NCBI GenBank assembly: GCA_051294375.1
Contig: CM119266.1
Coordinates: 9,246,538-9,310,537 of the forward strand
Length of the DNA stretch: 64,000 bases
Source of the DNA: Paraspadella gotoi
Taxonomy: Eukaryota; Animalia; Chaetognatha
Direction: 5' to 3'
In this document: piece after piece, positions 40,894-53,840 of the stretch
How positions within the stretch are numbered: the first letter of the stretch is position 1
Layout of the letters: every line of letters starts with the position of its first letter
Notes under the pieces: generated by a model
What the model saw: only the letters and a program-made list of their open reading frames with translations
Told to the model about the DNA's origin: nothing
Databases searched by the model: none
Position numbers and translations under genes: made by a program

Positions 40894-42533
40894 CTGTCGG
40901 GATAAGNNNNNNNNNNACCAGTGGACAGTGGATACAGACGAATGGTTGGTGAGCTGAGAGTGACCGGCAGATGTCTCTGTCTCACTCTCTCTTTTTCTTC
41001 ATCTTCGGTCAACCTCAGAATCAGATTTGATTTACATTTTGATTTATCGTACAATTTTCTTGGAGATTTACGAGCAATACGGAGTCAGTGAATGCCTTGT
41101 CCGTTGCCGTATTTAGTTGTATTGCCGTATTTACTTTTCCTAGATCGACTTTAGGTACCGAAACTTAATCTCATTTAATACAAGCAAAGGAATTGTCATA
41201 GTAAATTCGGCCCTCTTTTCCAAAAGTGCCCGATTTCAACTTAAATTCAGAATTAAGTTTGTTTTTAAGGAGAGAGGAGCATGTCTCGACATGGTCACAA
41301 GGCAGGGAAAAGGGAAAAGGACAAAGTTTGTTAAGAAGGTAGGAAATAATATTGCAATTTCTAGTAGAATTATTAATTTTCTAAGCATCCATCACGCATT
41401 TAAAAATTGGCCTCTAAATTCGTGAATTATTGGCTCATTTTGAGTCATCAATGATTAAAACATCTCCCGTATTATTTATGAAGACGTCCGCCGTCGCTAC
41501 TCAATGCTGGAGGAGAGACGACGTTCCTATTATTTATTTCGCGACGCCGCGACACGTTTCCATGACGACAGTCAACGCCGAGAGACGGCGTCACGTCAAA
41601 ACACCCAAGACGCCATAAAATATGTCTCCTTCGCGGGCCGAAATGGCGAAAAGGTGCAAGCGAATTACGTGTACAGATGCACGAGCGTGAGTGTGCCTCT
41701 TTGTCCTGGTGACGAAAAAAAAAAACATTGTTTGACTAACAAAAAGACTGTAAAACAAAACACGGTCTAAACAACCACATGTCTGTCCGGTTTATTCATG
41801 ACATAAACAAACCGGGCTCGGTCGATAATATTTTTTCTATACAAAATAATAAAATAAAATAGAATAATAAACAGAATGAAAAAAAAATAATACATCAATA
41901 TGAATACTACGAAAACTGGTAGCTAATTCATAATTTGCGTTCTAAACCTTTTTCGTATTTTTACTTCTTTTTTTGTGACACAAAAACGATGGTGTTTTCA
42001 TATGTGCTAATTCTGTTCAAAGACTTTCAGTTGCTGCGTTTGTTGTGTTGAGGCGAGGTTTGCTTCGACCTTACTTCGTGAAAGACACCTGATCGAACCA
42101 ACTGTAAAAATGTATATGAGTTGGGGTAAAATATATTAAAATAAATCGGCGCAAAAACTATAAATATGAATAGCGGGGTACTTTTAACTAGAGAAATAAA
42201 AAGAAAATAAACAAATAAATAAATAAATAGTAATTAATTGATTAATTCTGAACTTCTTACATAGATAATTTTTAATTATTTTAATGAATTTGATTCCAAG
42301 TTACGCGGCCGCCTTCGCAACCCAAACATCACGACCTGATGAGCTTGAATAATTTTTTTGAAAGAATCATGAAACGACGACGACGACGTCACCATAGCTA
42401 CACCAACAACATACGAAACTGATGATAGCGACAATAAACAAATAGGCGGATGACGACGTAAAAAAAATAAACATAAAAACGACCGACAACTGACCGACAA
42501 ACGACCGACCGACACAGCAGCCCCAGTACTGAC

Positions 42534-42667
42534 TTGGTGGACTTGTTGGAGCCGGCGCCGCCCTCCTGCGCTGCAGCGGAGATGAGCACGACTTCGAAGG
42601 TTCTCAGTTTGTCCATTTCTTCCGAGATGGCGTTGACTTCCGTGACCAAAGGGAGGAGTTCTAAGAC
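42534..42667 (-). CDS. KIF28: KIF28-like kinesin exon (VLELLPLVTEVNAISEEMDKLRTFEVVLISAAAQEGGAGSNKST)
   Basis: tttcag acceptor, GTCAGT donor, phases 0/2; kinesin-3 V.EVNAISEE..K...FE motif. Confidence 0.9.
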
Positions 42668-42844
42668 CTGAAAGGAGGGAAGGGAGGAGGAGTGGAGGAA
42701 GCGGTAAAGGCCCGAGTGGAGTCTTTGGAATCTCGACCAAAAGGTCAGGGGTTCTATCCCCGCATCGCAGTTTAGTGGAACGGGCCGAGCAAATCGCCTG
42801 TCACAAGGAGTTACAGTCAGATATGATACGAAGCTCGGGGACTC

Positions 42845-43084
42845 CTAATTTAAGGACGGTATATTAATCAATTAATGAAAATTATTAGTTCAACAAGGGA
42901 TCGGGTCATGGGCTTGGAAACAGGCGTCGGGGGTTTCCATGGTCTTCCAGAATGGAAGATGTATCGCATTAGTATAGTAGAACCGGGGTTCTTGAGGTCT
43001 TGAGCCAAAACTCAATGAGATACCGGGTCACGAGCTGGAGGATGAAATATTGGTTTGAGATATGAACCGGAGCGATACCCTCTA
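42845..43084 (-). mobile_element. Diverged copy of the tRNA-module LTR-like repeat, inside a short kinesin intron
   Basis: gatcgggtcatgggcttggaaacagg, ctcaatgagataccgggt and tgaaccggagcgataccctcta align in order with 20453-20673; ends are approximate. Confidence 0.55.
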
Positions 43085-43187
43085 TGTAAATCGATACCTC
43101 GGATTGTGCTTCGCGCAATTTGACTTCTCACTTGCTCCTGAAAACCCCTTGCCTACTTCCCCGCCCATAATCTTTGCTCCAGCCCAC

Positions 43188-43360
43188 CTGCTCCTGGGCG
43201 ATCTGCTGATCCTTGGTCAGCGACGGGTCGCCTCCAGTGGCGAAGCCCTTCGCTTTGGCGACTTCCGTCTGCGAGAAATCCCAGTCGATCTCCGCGGGAA
43301 GATCCGAGTCGGCCGATTCCGGCTTGAGGGGGTTCTTGAAGACGAAGAGGTTGTTGGAGC
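43188..43360 (-). CDS. KIF28: KIF28-like kinesin exon (GSNNLFVFKNPLKPESADSDLPAEIDWDFSQTEVAKAKGFATGGDPSLTKDQQIAQEQ); end of FHA domain
   Basis: cacag acceptor, GTGGG donor, phases 1/0; post-FHA DWDF.Q.E motif of kinesin-3. Confidence 0.9.
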
Positions 43361-44439
43361 CTGTGTGGAGGCGTGGAAGGGGTTGGTCGAGGTTGGGTGG
43401 AGGGTTAATGTACAGGTACAGGTACAATCCAAACTTTAAAAGATTACATGAAAAAGGGCAAGTAGACTTAAATATTGTATAAATCTGACATCGTGAATTT
43501 CCTTTCTTTTTCGTTGTGATTGCGTATTGGAAGACGTTTTTAATGTTTAAATCTGTATAAATCTGACAATTTGATAAATAATTAAATATTAAATAAAACG
43601 AAAATAAAAGGAATGAATGAAGATCTGAAGAAATATATAATGAAATTAATTAATATAATAACGATTCAATAAAAGGAAATGAGGATTTATTTCAGGGGGA
43701 AATAAATGAAACGAAGTCGGACAGAAAAAATGAATGTATAAATATAATAAATAAAATTAAAAAATTATAGATAAATAAATAAAAATCAAATAATTAACGA
43801 ATAAATTAAAGGTAAAAAAAAGAAGGAAATAGGGAAATATAAAGTTAAATGAAGAAAGGTAATAAAGAGTACGGTATATTGTCACCAAGGTTAGAAGAAG
43901 AATCTAAATGAATAAAAAGGAGAAAAAAGAATTTTCTCTTCCCTCATAAATCTCTTCTTACATTAGATTTTAATTGAGGAAATTCTCTCTCTCTCTCTCT
44001 CTCTTTCTTGCTCTTGTTCTCTCTCTCTCTCTTCCTCCTTTCCTCTCTACAGAAAAGGGAGAGAGAATATTTCCCTCTCTCTCTCTCCCCCTCTCTCCTG
44101 CGAATGACGTAAACAAAGCGAAGCTTCTTCTTCCCCCTCTTCCTCCTCCTCTTCTTCCTCTTTCTCCTCCTCCTCTTCCTCCTCCTCTTCCTCCTCTTTC
44201 TACATCCGGCACGAGAAGAAAGAAAAAAAAAACTCTTTTGCCGAGAAATGGTTTCTTCGACAAACATCTACATCGCTAGCCGGTGCATCTGGTTCCTCTC
44301 TCCCGGAAGAGAGGCGCCTAGAAAAGCGTGCACCTGGAGATGCATGCACCTGCGCAAGGACTCGGACGGGATGCACTATGCAGTATGACGTATGATATCT
44401 TTAGTATTTTTATTTCTTAGTTCTCCCCGAATATCTTTC

Positions 44440-45090
44440 CCTACCCTGTTACCTTATTTCCTTCTCTACATTTACTTCCATTCTAGTTTCTAACTTCTCT
44501 AATTCCTTACCTATCCTACCTCCCTACTTTTTCTCTTGTTTCCTACCTTTCCGACCGTCCTTCTTTCCCTCTCCTCTCCTTTTCTACCTTCTCTAACGTC
44601 CTACTTTAAGCCTTTTCTCCTTCCTGACCTTCACTAACTTCCTAACCTCTCTCTTCTTTCCTTTACTAACTTTTCTACCTTTCCTAACCTCCTTCTTTCT
44701 TCCTACTATCTTTTCCTACCTTTCCTATGTTCCTACTTTCTTCTTTCCTTTCCTACCTTTCCTATGTTCCTCCTTTCTCCTTTCCTTAACTACCTTCTCT
44801 ATCTTCCTAGTTTCTTCCTACTCTCCTTTCCTACCTTTCCTATCTTCCTACTTTCTTCTTACCTTTCCTACCTTCTCTACCTTCCTACTTTCTTCTTACT
44901 CTCTTTTCCTACCTTTCCTATCTTCCTACTTTCTTCTTTCATTTCTTACCTTCCTACTTTATATCTTCTCACCTTCCCTACCCTTCTTCTCATTCCTAAC
45001 TCCCTACTTTCTCCCTACACTCCATCCTCTTTCCTCCCTTCCTTCCCTACCTTGCTTACCTTACCCTCTTCCTTCCTTCCCTGCTCTCTC
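44440..45090. repeat. Degenerate pyrimidine-rich repeat (cctacctt-like units)
   Basis: Recurrent ttcctaccttt/cctactttt words; explains ORF 44764-45480. Confidence 0.8.
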
Positions 45091-45097
45091 CCGTCGC

Positions 45098-45130
<33 letters not shown>

Positions 45131-45672
45131 CCTCTCTCTCTCGTTTCGACAGCCGTCACCTGTTATCGTCTCGTTTTTTTTTCCCGATGAGGTTGTGTTT
45201 CTTTCGATGTTTTTCCCCGGGCCAAATATCCGGAATGATTCTTTTGAAGGAAACAGAACCTTGTCTGGCTTATCACTGGCTTATCCTTCTGGTAAAGGGA
45301 GTACACAGAAGATCGATCTCTTCATCAAAGAGACGGTTTCCGGTTGTCCTTCCAGAACTCAATCCTCTCGAGCCAGTCAATTCATCGGCACATAGAAATC
45401 CTCGACAAGTCTCGAGTTCGAGACACCGTTGTTCAAAGATAAAAGGAGACCCGAGGTTACGGGTTCAAGAAAGTAAATGACCCTTCAGGTCAAGGATCGA
45501 CTAAAATGGCGGTGCAGTTTTTACCTGTGCTTGGGATTTTAATCCGAGAATCAGTCAGATCCACTAGTAATTAGTCATTGGTCAACGGTCAATCAGATTT
45601 TTAATCGAAAACCCATTATTCTTTCGATCCTTTGCAGGCGCCTCTTAAATCTACCCCGTTAAACAAGCGCTC

Positions 45673-45772
45673 ATGATCCAACGCCTAATCCAACGCCTGA
45701 TCCAACGCCTGATCAAATGCCTGATCCAAAGCCATATCAAACGCCTCATCCAACGCCTGTTCCAACGCCTGA
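45673..45772. repeat. 12-bp tandem repeat (atccaacgcctg) x ~8
   Basis: Direct observation (IQRL repeats in the ORF track). Confidence 0.9.
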
Positions 45773-46712
45773 CACAAACGCGACCAGTGTCTGATCTTTT
45801 TTGTTTTTCACTCAATCAACCGCGACTTTTTTTTCCTTCTTTTCTCGTTAGTTCCCTTTNNNNNNNNNNNNNNNNNNNNNNNNNNNNNNNNNNNNNNNNN
45901 NNNNNNNNNNNNNNNNNNNNNNNNNNNNNNNNNNNNNNNNNNNNNNNNNNNNNNNNNNNNNNNNNNNNNNNNNNNNNNNNNNNNNNNNNNNNNNNNNNNN
46001 NNNNNNNNNNNNNNNNNNNNNNNNNNNNNNNNNNNNNNNNNNNNNNNNNNNNNNNNNNNNNNNNNNNNNNNNNNNNNNNNNNNNNNNNNNNNNNNNNNNN
46101 NNNNNNNNNNNNNNNNNNNNNNNNNNNNNNNNNNNNNNNNNNNNNNNNNNNNNNNNNNNNNNNNNNNNNNNNNNNNNNNNNNNNNNNNNNNNNNNNNNNN
46201 NNNNNNNNNNNNNNNNNNNNNNNGAAGGCGCGCCGCTCGGTGTCTTTTATCGACGTCTCTATCTCCGTCTGGTTTAAGGAAGTGGCGGCGCCGTTACGCT
46301 TTCTGATTGGTGGTCGGCATCTGTCCAATCAAACTACTCTGCATAAGCAGGATCGAAAAGATTCAGTCCCTTGAAAATCGATGGACGAATCGTCAGACAG
46401 ATAGATTGAATGAATGAATGAATGAATGAATCCTATATTCCTCTGTGGATATTATAATTATTATTATTATTATTTTCATTATTATCATTTTAAACGCCGA
46501 TGCGCTAATGAGCTTGTTTGGANNNNNNNNNNNNNNNNNNNNNNNNNNNNNNNNNNNNNNNNNNNNNNNNNNNNNNNNNNNNNNNNNNNNNNNNNNNNNN
46601 NNNNNNNNNNNNNNNNNNNNNNNNNNNNNNNNNNNNNNNNNNNNNNNNNNNNNNNNNNNNNNNNNNNNNNNNNNNNNNNNNNNNNNNNNNNNNNNNNNNN
46701 NNNNNNNNNNNN

Positions 46713-46855
46713 CGAAGATGATCCTGTCCTTGTGATCCAAGACCCTCGTCCCCGCGACGGGAATCCCGTTGACCTTGATCTTGGCGTTTTGACTCGCTGG
46801 GCGGATCTCGGCTTCGGCGCCCGCGAGACTGATCACCGCGTGTTCGTTTTGGATG
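46713..46855 (-). CDS. KIF28: KIF28-like kinesin exon, FHA core (SIQNEHAVISLAGAEAEIRPASQNAKIKVNGIPVAGTRVLDHKDRIIF-G)
   Basis: cgcag acceptor; donor falls in the adjacent N-gap; FHA H...VNG...L.H.DRI.FG signature; phases 2/1 fit neighbours. Confidence 0.9.
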
Positions 46856-47116
46856 CTGCGGTGGAGGGTGGCGGTAGGGGGGGGNNNNNNNNNNNNNNNN
46901 NNNNNNNNNNNNNNNNNNNNNNNNNNNNNNNNNNNNNNNNNNNNNNNNNNNNNNNNNNNNNNNNNNNNNNNNNNNNNNNNNNNNNNNNNNNNNNNNNNNN
47001 NNNNNNNNNNNNNNNNNNNNNNNNNNNNNNNNNNNNNNNNNNNNNNNNNNNNNNNNNNNNNNNNCGTTCGTTCGTTCGTTCGTTCGTTCGTTCGTTCGTT
47101 CTTCCGTCGATCAAAC

Positions 47117-47250
47117 CTGAGTCCCGTGATGCAGACGTCGTTGTCGGCGCCCGTCTTCCCGATCCTGTTGTCGCCTTCGTGAAGGAAGTGGGCGATGACG
47201 TGGGACAGTTGAGCGTCCTCGTTGATGTTGGACAAGTGACACTCCTTCGC
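47117..47250 (-). CDS. KIF28: KIF28-like kinesin exon, FHA start (AKECHLSNINEDAQLSHVIAHFLHEGDNRIGKTGADNDVCITGL)
   Basis: ctcag acceptor, GTTTGA donor, phases 0/2; kinesin-3 HL.N.NED..LS motif. Confidence 0.9.
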
Positions 47251-47339
47251 CTGAGTGTCGAAGGGGGGAGGGTGGGTGGAGGTTGGAATGGGATGTTTAA
47301 TGAGCGAGATTTAAGGGGCGGGAGGGAGGGCAGAGAAAG

Positions 47340-47510
47340 GGGCATTCTAGAAAAGTGACATCCTTGAAAGGCGCATTTCAGGAAAAGACAATCTCGAAAG
47401 GCGCATTCTCTAAAATGGTTTTATTCTTGAAGGGGACATTCTCCAGAGAGGCATTCTTTAAAGGGACATTCTCGAAAGTGGCATTCTTGAAAAAAGGCAT
47501 TTTCGAACAT
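47340..47510. repeat. Degenerate tandem repeat built on (g)gcattct cores
   Basis: About ten ggcattct/gacattct-like units spaced 15-30 bp apart. Confidence 0.7.
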
Positions 47511-47713
47511 ATAGGAATGATTCTGGATGAGAGAGAGTGTAAAAGAAAGAAAGTGTGAGANNNNNNNNNNNNNNNNNNNNNNNNNNNNNNNNNNNNNNNN
47601 NNNNNNNNNNNNNNNNNNNNNNNNNNNNNNNNNNNNNNNNNNNNNNNNNNNNNNNNNNNNNNNNNNNNNNNNNNNNNNNNNNNNNNNNNNNNNNNNNNNN
47701 NNNNNNNNNNNNN

Positions 47714-47746
<33 letters not shown>

Positions 47747-47900
47747 CTCGGACACAAAGAGAGACCGACAGGCGCGAAGAAAAAAAAACCGTGGGCGAAG
47801 TCGAGTCAAAGTCTGAGGGAATCGGCTAATGGAATTTGGGCGTGGCTCCACGCGGTCAGACGTCACTGAACTTGGAGGAAAGAGGGAAAGAAGGAACTGA

Positions 47901-47984
<84 letters not shown>

Positions 47985-48349
47985 AAAAAAGAAAAAAAGA
48001 AAGAAAGAGAAAGAAAGAAAGAACCAAATTAAAATTTAGGAAGAGTGAAAGAAAGGAAAAAAAGAGAAAGAAATAAAAAAAAGAAAGAAAAAGGGCGCGA
48101 AGGAAGCAATAAAAATAAAATAAGAGAAATTACATGTAAAGAAAGAAAGAAATGGAAAAACGAAACAAATCGAATGCATAAAAAAGAAAGACAAAAATAA
48201 AAAGAGGGAAACTCACCAACGAAAACATATAATATCAGTTGAAAAATTAAACAAATCGACATACTTTATAAACAAAGACAAATCATACCAACCCATGCCA
48301 ATCCAATCAAACCCAACCAATCTAAATCGATCGAACCCAACCAACCAAC

Positions 48350-48516
48350 CTTTCTCTCCTTGATGCTCGTTCCGGGCGCCGGCGCCTCTGACCCCAGAGC
48401 CTCCTTTTCCTTCGCGTGTTCGTCCCAAGTTTTGGAGAGTTTGATGTATTCCTCCTGATTGGATTTGATGAGGGCAGCGTACTCTTCCTCCATCTCTTGA
48501 CGGAGGCGAAGTCGTT
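48350..48516 (-). CDS. KIF28: KIF28-like kinesin exon (ERLRLRQEMEEEYAALIKSNQEEYIKLSKTWDEHAKEKEALGSEAPAPGTSIKERK), coiled coil
   Basis: caccag acceptor, GTTGGT donor, phases 1/0; kinesin-3-like L.KTW.E coil motif. Confidence 0.85.
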
Positions 48517-48896
48517 CTGGTGAAAAAGGGTGTGGTCAAAGATTAAATTATTATATTTTTTTAATCATTAATATTAATGCTTGCAAACACAACGGCAACA
48601 CAGACAGCTTAAGGTCTCGTTAAATTGATTGATTGATTGCAATTGATATTATAAAAACTCAATAATAATCATGCCATAAAACATGAAAAAAAAACAGCAA
48701 TGGGATCAAATATAATGACTCGTTACAAACATTCGGCTTATTTAAGGACTTGCTGAATTTTTGCAATATGCAAATGAGATTATAAAAAACTCATTTGGAA
48801 ATTTGTAAACATCGAAAACTTCTTTTTCAAAAACCTCACAAAAACGAAAATTCTTGTTTTCAAAAAAATCCGAAAGAGGAGGAGAAACTGTTTTCT

Positions 48897-48971
<75 letters not shown>

Positions 48972-49768
48972 CAAATGGATGGGAGATTAGTTTTGAACTG
49001 ACTTCTTCGCTCCGGGGGAAATGACGTCTCGTCAGAAAAAGGGAAAAGTGGATTAGAGGGTGAGTTGGGACGGGGGGTGAAGGGGGGAGTGGGGGAGAAG
49101 GCAGGGGGAAGAGGGGAAGGGGGAGGGGAGAGAGAAATTCTAATTAAGAGGAAAAGATATATATATATGTTGTTATAAATTGAAAAATAATTAGTGAATT
49201 GAATGAGGGAGGTGGGACAGAGAGGAGAGAAAGTAAATATGAATGAAGGACTGATTAAATGAATGAATGAATGAATGAATGAATGAATGAATGAATGAAT
49301 GATTAAATTAAACGATAAGATCTAACCAGAGAAAGAAAAGAGAAAGAGAGAAAGAAAAAGAATAAAAAACGAAAAGGCGAAAAGCGATTCATTAGCGACT
49401 CGACCGGTCGAGTCGGTCGGTCGGCCATTTTATAGACCCCGACGACGTCATCGCCGTCAAAATTGACGTCACGAGACGAGAATGAGGTTTGCTCTTCGCG
49501 ACCTTGAGTCGTCGCCTCATCCGTGGTGGTGGTTAAAGTGTGGAGGGGAGAAAGGGGGGCGGAAATGGGGGCGTGGCGTCGATGTTCATTTCGATTCTGA
49601 TTTCCTTTTTTTTTTTTGCGTCACCGTTTGTCTTAACGTCACGACGCGATGGCGTCAACTCTCTGTCGTTGAAGGAGTTGTTCTGTTCATCGTCGCACTT
49701 AGAGTCAATTCATAAAACTGGCTCTTTATTCTACTTTCTATTTCCTCACACTCTATCTCTCTTTCGCT

Positions 49769-49848
<80 letters not shown>

Positions 49849-50404
49849 TTCTCTCTCACATGTGAATCGTTTCACAAAAGTAAATTCGACTTTGCGTGAG
49901 ACCAAAGGCGATTTTCGGATATAATGACCAGAAAGCCGTTGGTCACGATATTCGATTTTATTTCTGATTAAATCATATTTAGCTAAAGTTGAAGAACATA
50001 TATATGCTGCAGATTGTCACATTATGGTTCATGTATTTTATTGTTGAATGACTCATTATCTTTTTGTTCGTTTAGTCAATTTTGTGCTTTGTGCTTGTGT
50101 CTTTTAAATTAAATGTTTGATTGTAATTGAATTGAATAAATTCTTGTCAGACGATATTTACTGACTTCGTTAGTTAGTAAGGGTTAGTTAAAAGTTTCAA
50201 GTTGTAGTTTCCATGGGAACCGCAATTAAACGGGAGTCTATTAAGTCTCTTTTCTATTTTTTTATTGTACATGGTATGCGTATGGTATGCGTATGCGTAT
50301 GATATGCGAATGGTATGCATATGGTATGCGTGGTATGCGTTGTAATATACATTAATTTTTATACGACTAAACGTCTTACTCGCTCTGTTGTGTGTTTCGG
50401 CTTA

Positions 50405-50469
<65 letters not shown>

Positions 50470-50865
50470 GATTTCTTTCTCCATATGGAGTCGGTTAGAG
50501 AAACTCGGGAAAGAAGAGAAATCCCATGAATTTTAATGTCTTTTGTTTTTTTGCTTCCAAGGATTTTTCCTCTTCTCGTTCTACAGTAAAAATTCTCATT
50601 AATGGAAGAAAACAGCGAGAGAGAAATGTAAAAATATATATTTAAATATTTTAATTAAAGTTTATTAACTTATTCCAGATATAAAGACATGAAATTTAAC
50701 TGGAAGGTTAAAATTTATAATCTTAAACATTTTTTTTAATATTTTTCTATTGATACAAGAACTTGAAATCTATGATCGGAATTAAATGGAACCGTTTATC
50801 AATATGAATTGACGTCTTCTCCAAAAGTTTAGCTAGGAATGTGAATCTGCTCTTCGCCTTCTCTC

Positions 50866-51631
50866 TGTAGTCGGGCAATATGCTAAGGTTCACCCCTGCC
50901 GAGGAATTACATGACCACTTTCAGTTTGTGAGCCCGGCGGTGGTCTCATGAGGTAAGCCATCAGCTCATGACCACTAGGTACCGGCGTTCAATCCCAACC
51001 CAGGTACCTACCCTGCGGGAAGCGTGGGAGGACGGCCGTAAGCCGCTTGGGCGGCATGGCAAACCCTCAAGCCTGGTCCAAGCCCAGGGGCCCGTTCCAG
51101 GGGAGCTGCTAGAGTGAGGGTTATAGAAAGTACGGGACACAGTCATCTCAGCCCACGTAGCGCCTTATCCACACTGGTGCAGCCCATCCTGTCGAGCGTA
51201 TTCCAGACCTTCATGATTCACATGGCCACCTAATTCGTCTAGCTGAAGATTGCCTCCCTCCCTCCCTGGGAAGCCAGTGCAGGAGTGTGCAATCTGGAGG
51301 GGCATGTAGTCGGGCATTGCCTAGGTTCACCACCGCTGGAGAATCATGAGCACTTTCAGTTGAGTGTACCGGTGGATTGCTATTGAGTAAAGCCATCAGC
51401 TCATGACCATAGGTACGGGATATCAATCCCCAACCCTATAGAAAGATGGTACCTACCCTGCGAGGAAGTCGTAGAGGACGGCCGTAAGCTCGCCTGGCGC
51501 GGCATGGGCAAATCAAGCCTTGGATTCCTAAAAGCCCAGGGACCCGTTCAATGGGCTGCTAAGAGGGTATGATAAGAAGTTTACGGGCACAGTTCATTTC
51601 TTCAGCCACGTTAGCGCCTTATCCTTTTGCA
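50866..51631 (+). mobile_element. TRIM-like unit: repeat (50866-51173), ~130 bp internal region, polypurine tract (51294-51304), repeat (51305-~51631)
   Basis: Two direct copies of the TGTAG-starting repeat; the first ends ...ACA followed by cTGGTGCAGCCC, the second is preceded directly by ctggaggggca. Confidence 0.55.
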
Positions 51632-51639
51632 GCGCCAAA

Positions 51640-53840
51640 CTCAATGCATTCCCAGCGCAAATGCCTCCTTGATAGGGAAACTTCTATCGGGGCCTTCCGC
51701 GCAAGTTGCGACAGTTTACCGACCGTGGCTAGAGGGCCGCTTCTTTTTCAATTTATCACACCGACCACAATGAAGCCTCATTCACGCCCTCCGCATACAA
51801 AAGAGCGAGCCCCATACAGCCCGCCAACTTCTCCAGCTATCCAGTGATATCGAATTACACCACTGACATCCGCCACGTGGAAGGGTGAAAGCTATATACG
51901 TGGTGATAGTCTCGGTGCTCTCTCTCGTCCTAACCAATACTCCATTCACAGGCAGTGATAATTCCCGCCATTTGACAAACCCCTCGACGAGAAAAAGCGG
52001 AAACACTTTCGATGCGTCATAGCCGCCGCGCGCATCAAGGAATAGAATTGAGAGAAGATGGCCGACAACAACCACTCGACCGTTGATTTTACGCGCCTCT
52101 TTCAGACGCTTCCACAGGCCTCCATTTCCGGCTAAAGTCCAACTCGGGTGACGCAACAATCGTCCTTCGACCATCTCGAATGGACCTGCCCGCCCCTTCG
52201 TGCCGGAAGCCTGGCGTCGGAAGGTTTTTGAGGAAATACATGGCCTGGCCATCCTGGAGTGGCCATGCCCGAACACGCGAAGCAGTGGCGAAAAGTTTCG
52301 TCTGGCCGTCCATGCAGCGCTGCACTTAACCCGCCTTGGCACGCGAATGCGCCCATACATGCCAGCGGGCAAAAATGTCACTCGACCACGTTTGTTCCAG
52401 AAAATCGACGATTTCACCGTCCCTCCAAAGAGATTCCAACACAATCCATGTGGTATCCTGGTAACCATGCCATCCTCAAACTCGGTTTCTCGCACCCTAC
52501 TGACGAAGCCGCTAGACCGATTTACAAGATGGCCAATGCATGATGGTCGAATACCCTAATTCAAAGATATCCACAGCCGTAAACCGTCGCCGGACGCTTT
52601 GCCCAAAAACTTGGGCGCGTAAGCCTCATTTGGAATCCCGTCCGAAATTACAACCGACCGCGGCTTCCCAGTTGTTCGTCCACATTTGGCGCCAGCTCCA
52701 AAAAACGTGGATTGTCAATTGCACACTGAATTCAGCGCCGGTCTTCTCCATACCTTGCAGAAATCCATAAACGGATGGTCCGAGCAGAGTTCCATAGCGC
52801 AGTCGTGCCTTTCTGAAAGGGTCCCTGGGCATTGCTCTTTGGCGCCTGCGAACCCGACAAGTGATGTATTGGCGCTCTTCCGATCAGGCACTCTCGGCAG
52901 AATAAGGACGACAATTAAGGACTGACATCAGAATCATCCCAGCAACCAACTGGGTAGTACGGCGACGCACCTTGCAGTCCCCGGCGACCCTACTAGGGCG
53001 CACCAAGCTTCAATCAACCGCTTACGAGGCACTGGCCCGGCGCCAACTTCACGACGAACTTCCGCATGGAGTTCGAGGCGGCTCCAGCCAGCCCGCGAGA
53101 CCAGCACCCACCGGATTCCCACAGGGTGCCACCTTCCGGTGAGCCTCGCCACCCTCGTCTCACGTATTTATACGCCGCAGAGCGGAGTTTGCAACACCAA
53201 CCCTCCTGCTCCTTGATGAACTGGCCCCTTCAGAGTAATCGACAGGGACAATTTAAAACTTCCGGGTAGAAATTCCGGAAGAGGCAGCAGGAAGAAAGTC
53301 ATCGCCATTGCCTCGCATTCAAACCGGCAACGTCTGCGGACGACGCCATATGCAGACGACGCGCGGCTCCCGAAAAATCGCCCTCCAAAATTTGCCGCCA
53401 AGCGCGCAGGACGCCCCCCTAGACGAAGCATCGACAAGGAACGACTTCCTCCTTCGTCGAATCGTGACTCACGCCGCCCAAGCGCTCGCCAGGCAAGCTA
53501 CCGTCAAAATGTATGACCAACTCAGAAAGAAGGCGAGGCAGAGCGCAACGAAGACCCATTTCGGCCACGCCCACTACGACGGAACCAGGGAACGATGTCG
53601 TTTCGCTGAGAGATCCCATCCCGAGGCGCGACATCCAGTTCGAATCGTTTTTCCCCGCCTGAAAGTCGCGCCACTCCCTCTTCCCCCGGCGCTGGAAACG
53701 CGGCGGTTTCGCCCCGGACTACGCGCACGGTCCTTCGACGCAACTGCTCGAACAAAACGGTTGATCAAGAAGCCCAATCAGGGTGAACACAAAACTCAAT
53801 ATCCTCGCTTTCAACCATAAAGCTCGTGGGCTGGGGGGGA
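51640..53840 (+). mobile_element. Degenerate Ty3/Gypsy pol 3' half (RNase H, integrase, GPY/F-like tail) ending in a polypurine tract; CsRn1-like
   Basis: Across frameshifts: DRE....TDH.P...DIRHVEG...ALSR (RNase H); RPFVPEAWRRKVFEEIHGLA; FVWP; RFQH...DRFTRWP; GIPSEITTDRGSQ; GPFRVI; PPT ctggggggga at 53831-53840. Clade assignment is from memory. Confidence 0.85.

Noticed and set aside
42700-42770. B-box-like ggggttctatcccc, possible tRNA or SINE head
   Set aside because: No clear A-box or cloverleaf and no second copy seen
45673-47869. Long ORFs of 160-310 aa in the ORF track (also 57295-58600)
   Set aside because: Their length comes from runs of N; only the embedded kinesin exons are real
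50932-51002. tRNA-Met gene (CAT anticodon-like loop)
   Set aside because: The stems do not pair as a cloverleaf and it lies inside a dispersed repeat, so it is treated as a tRNA-derived module
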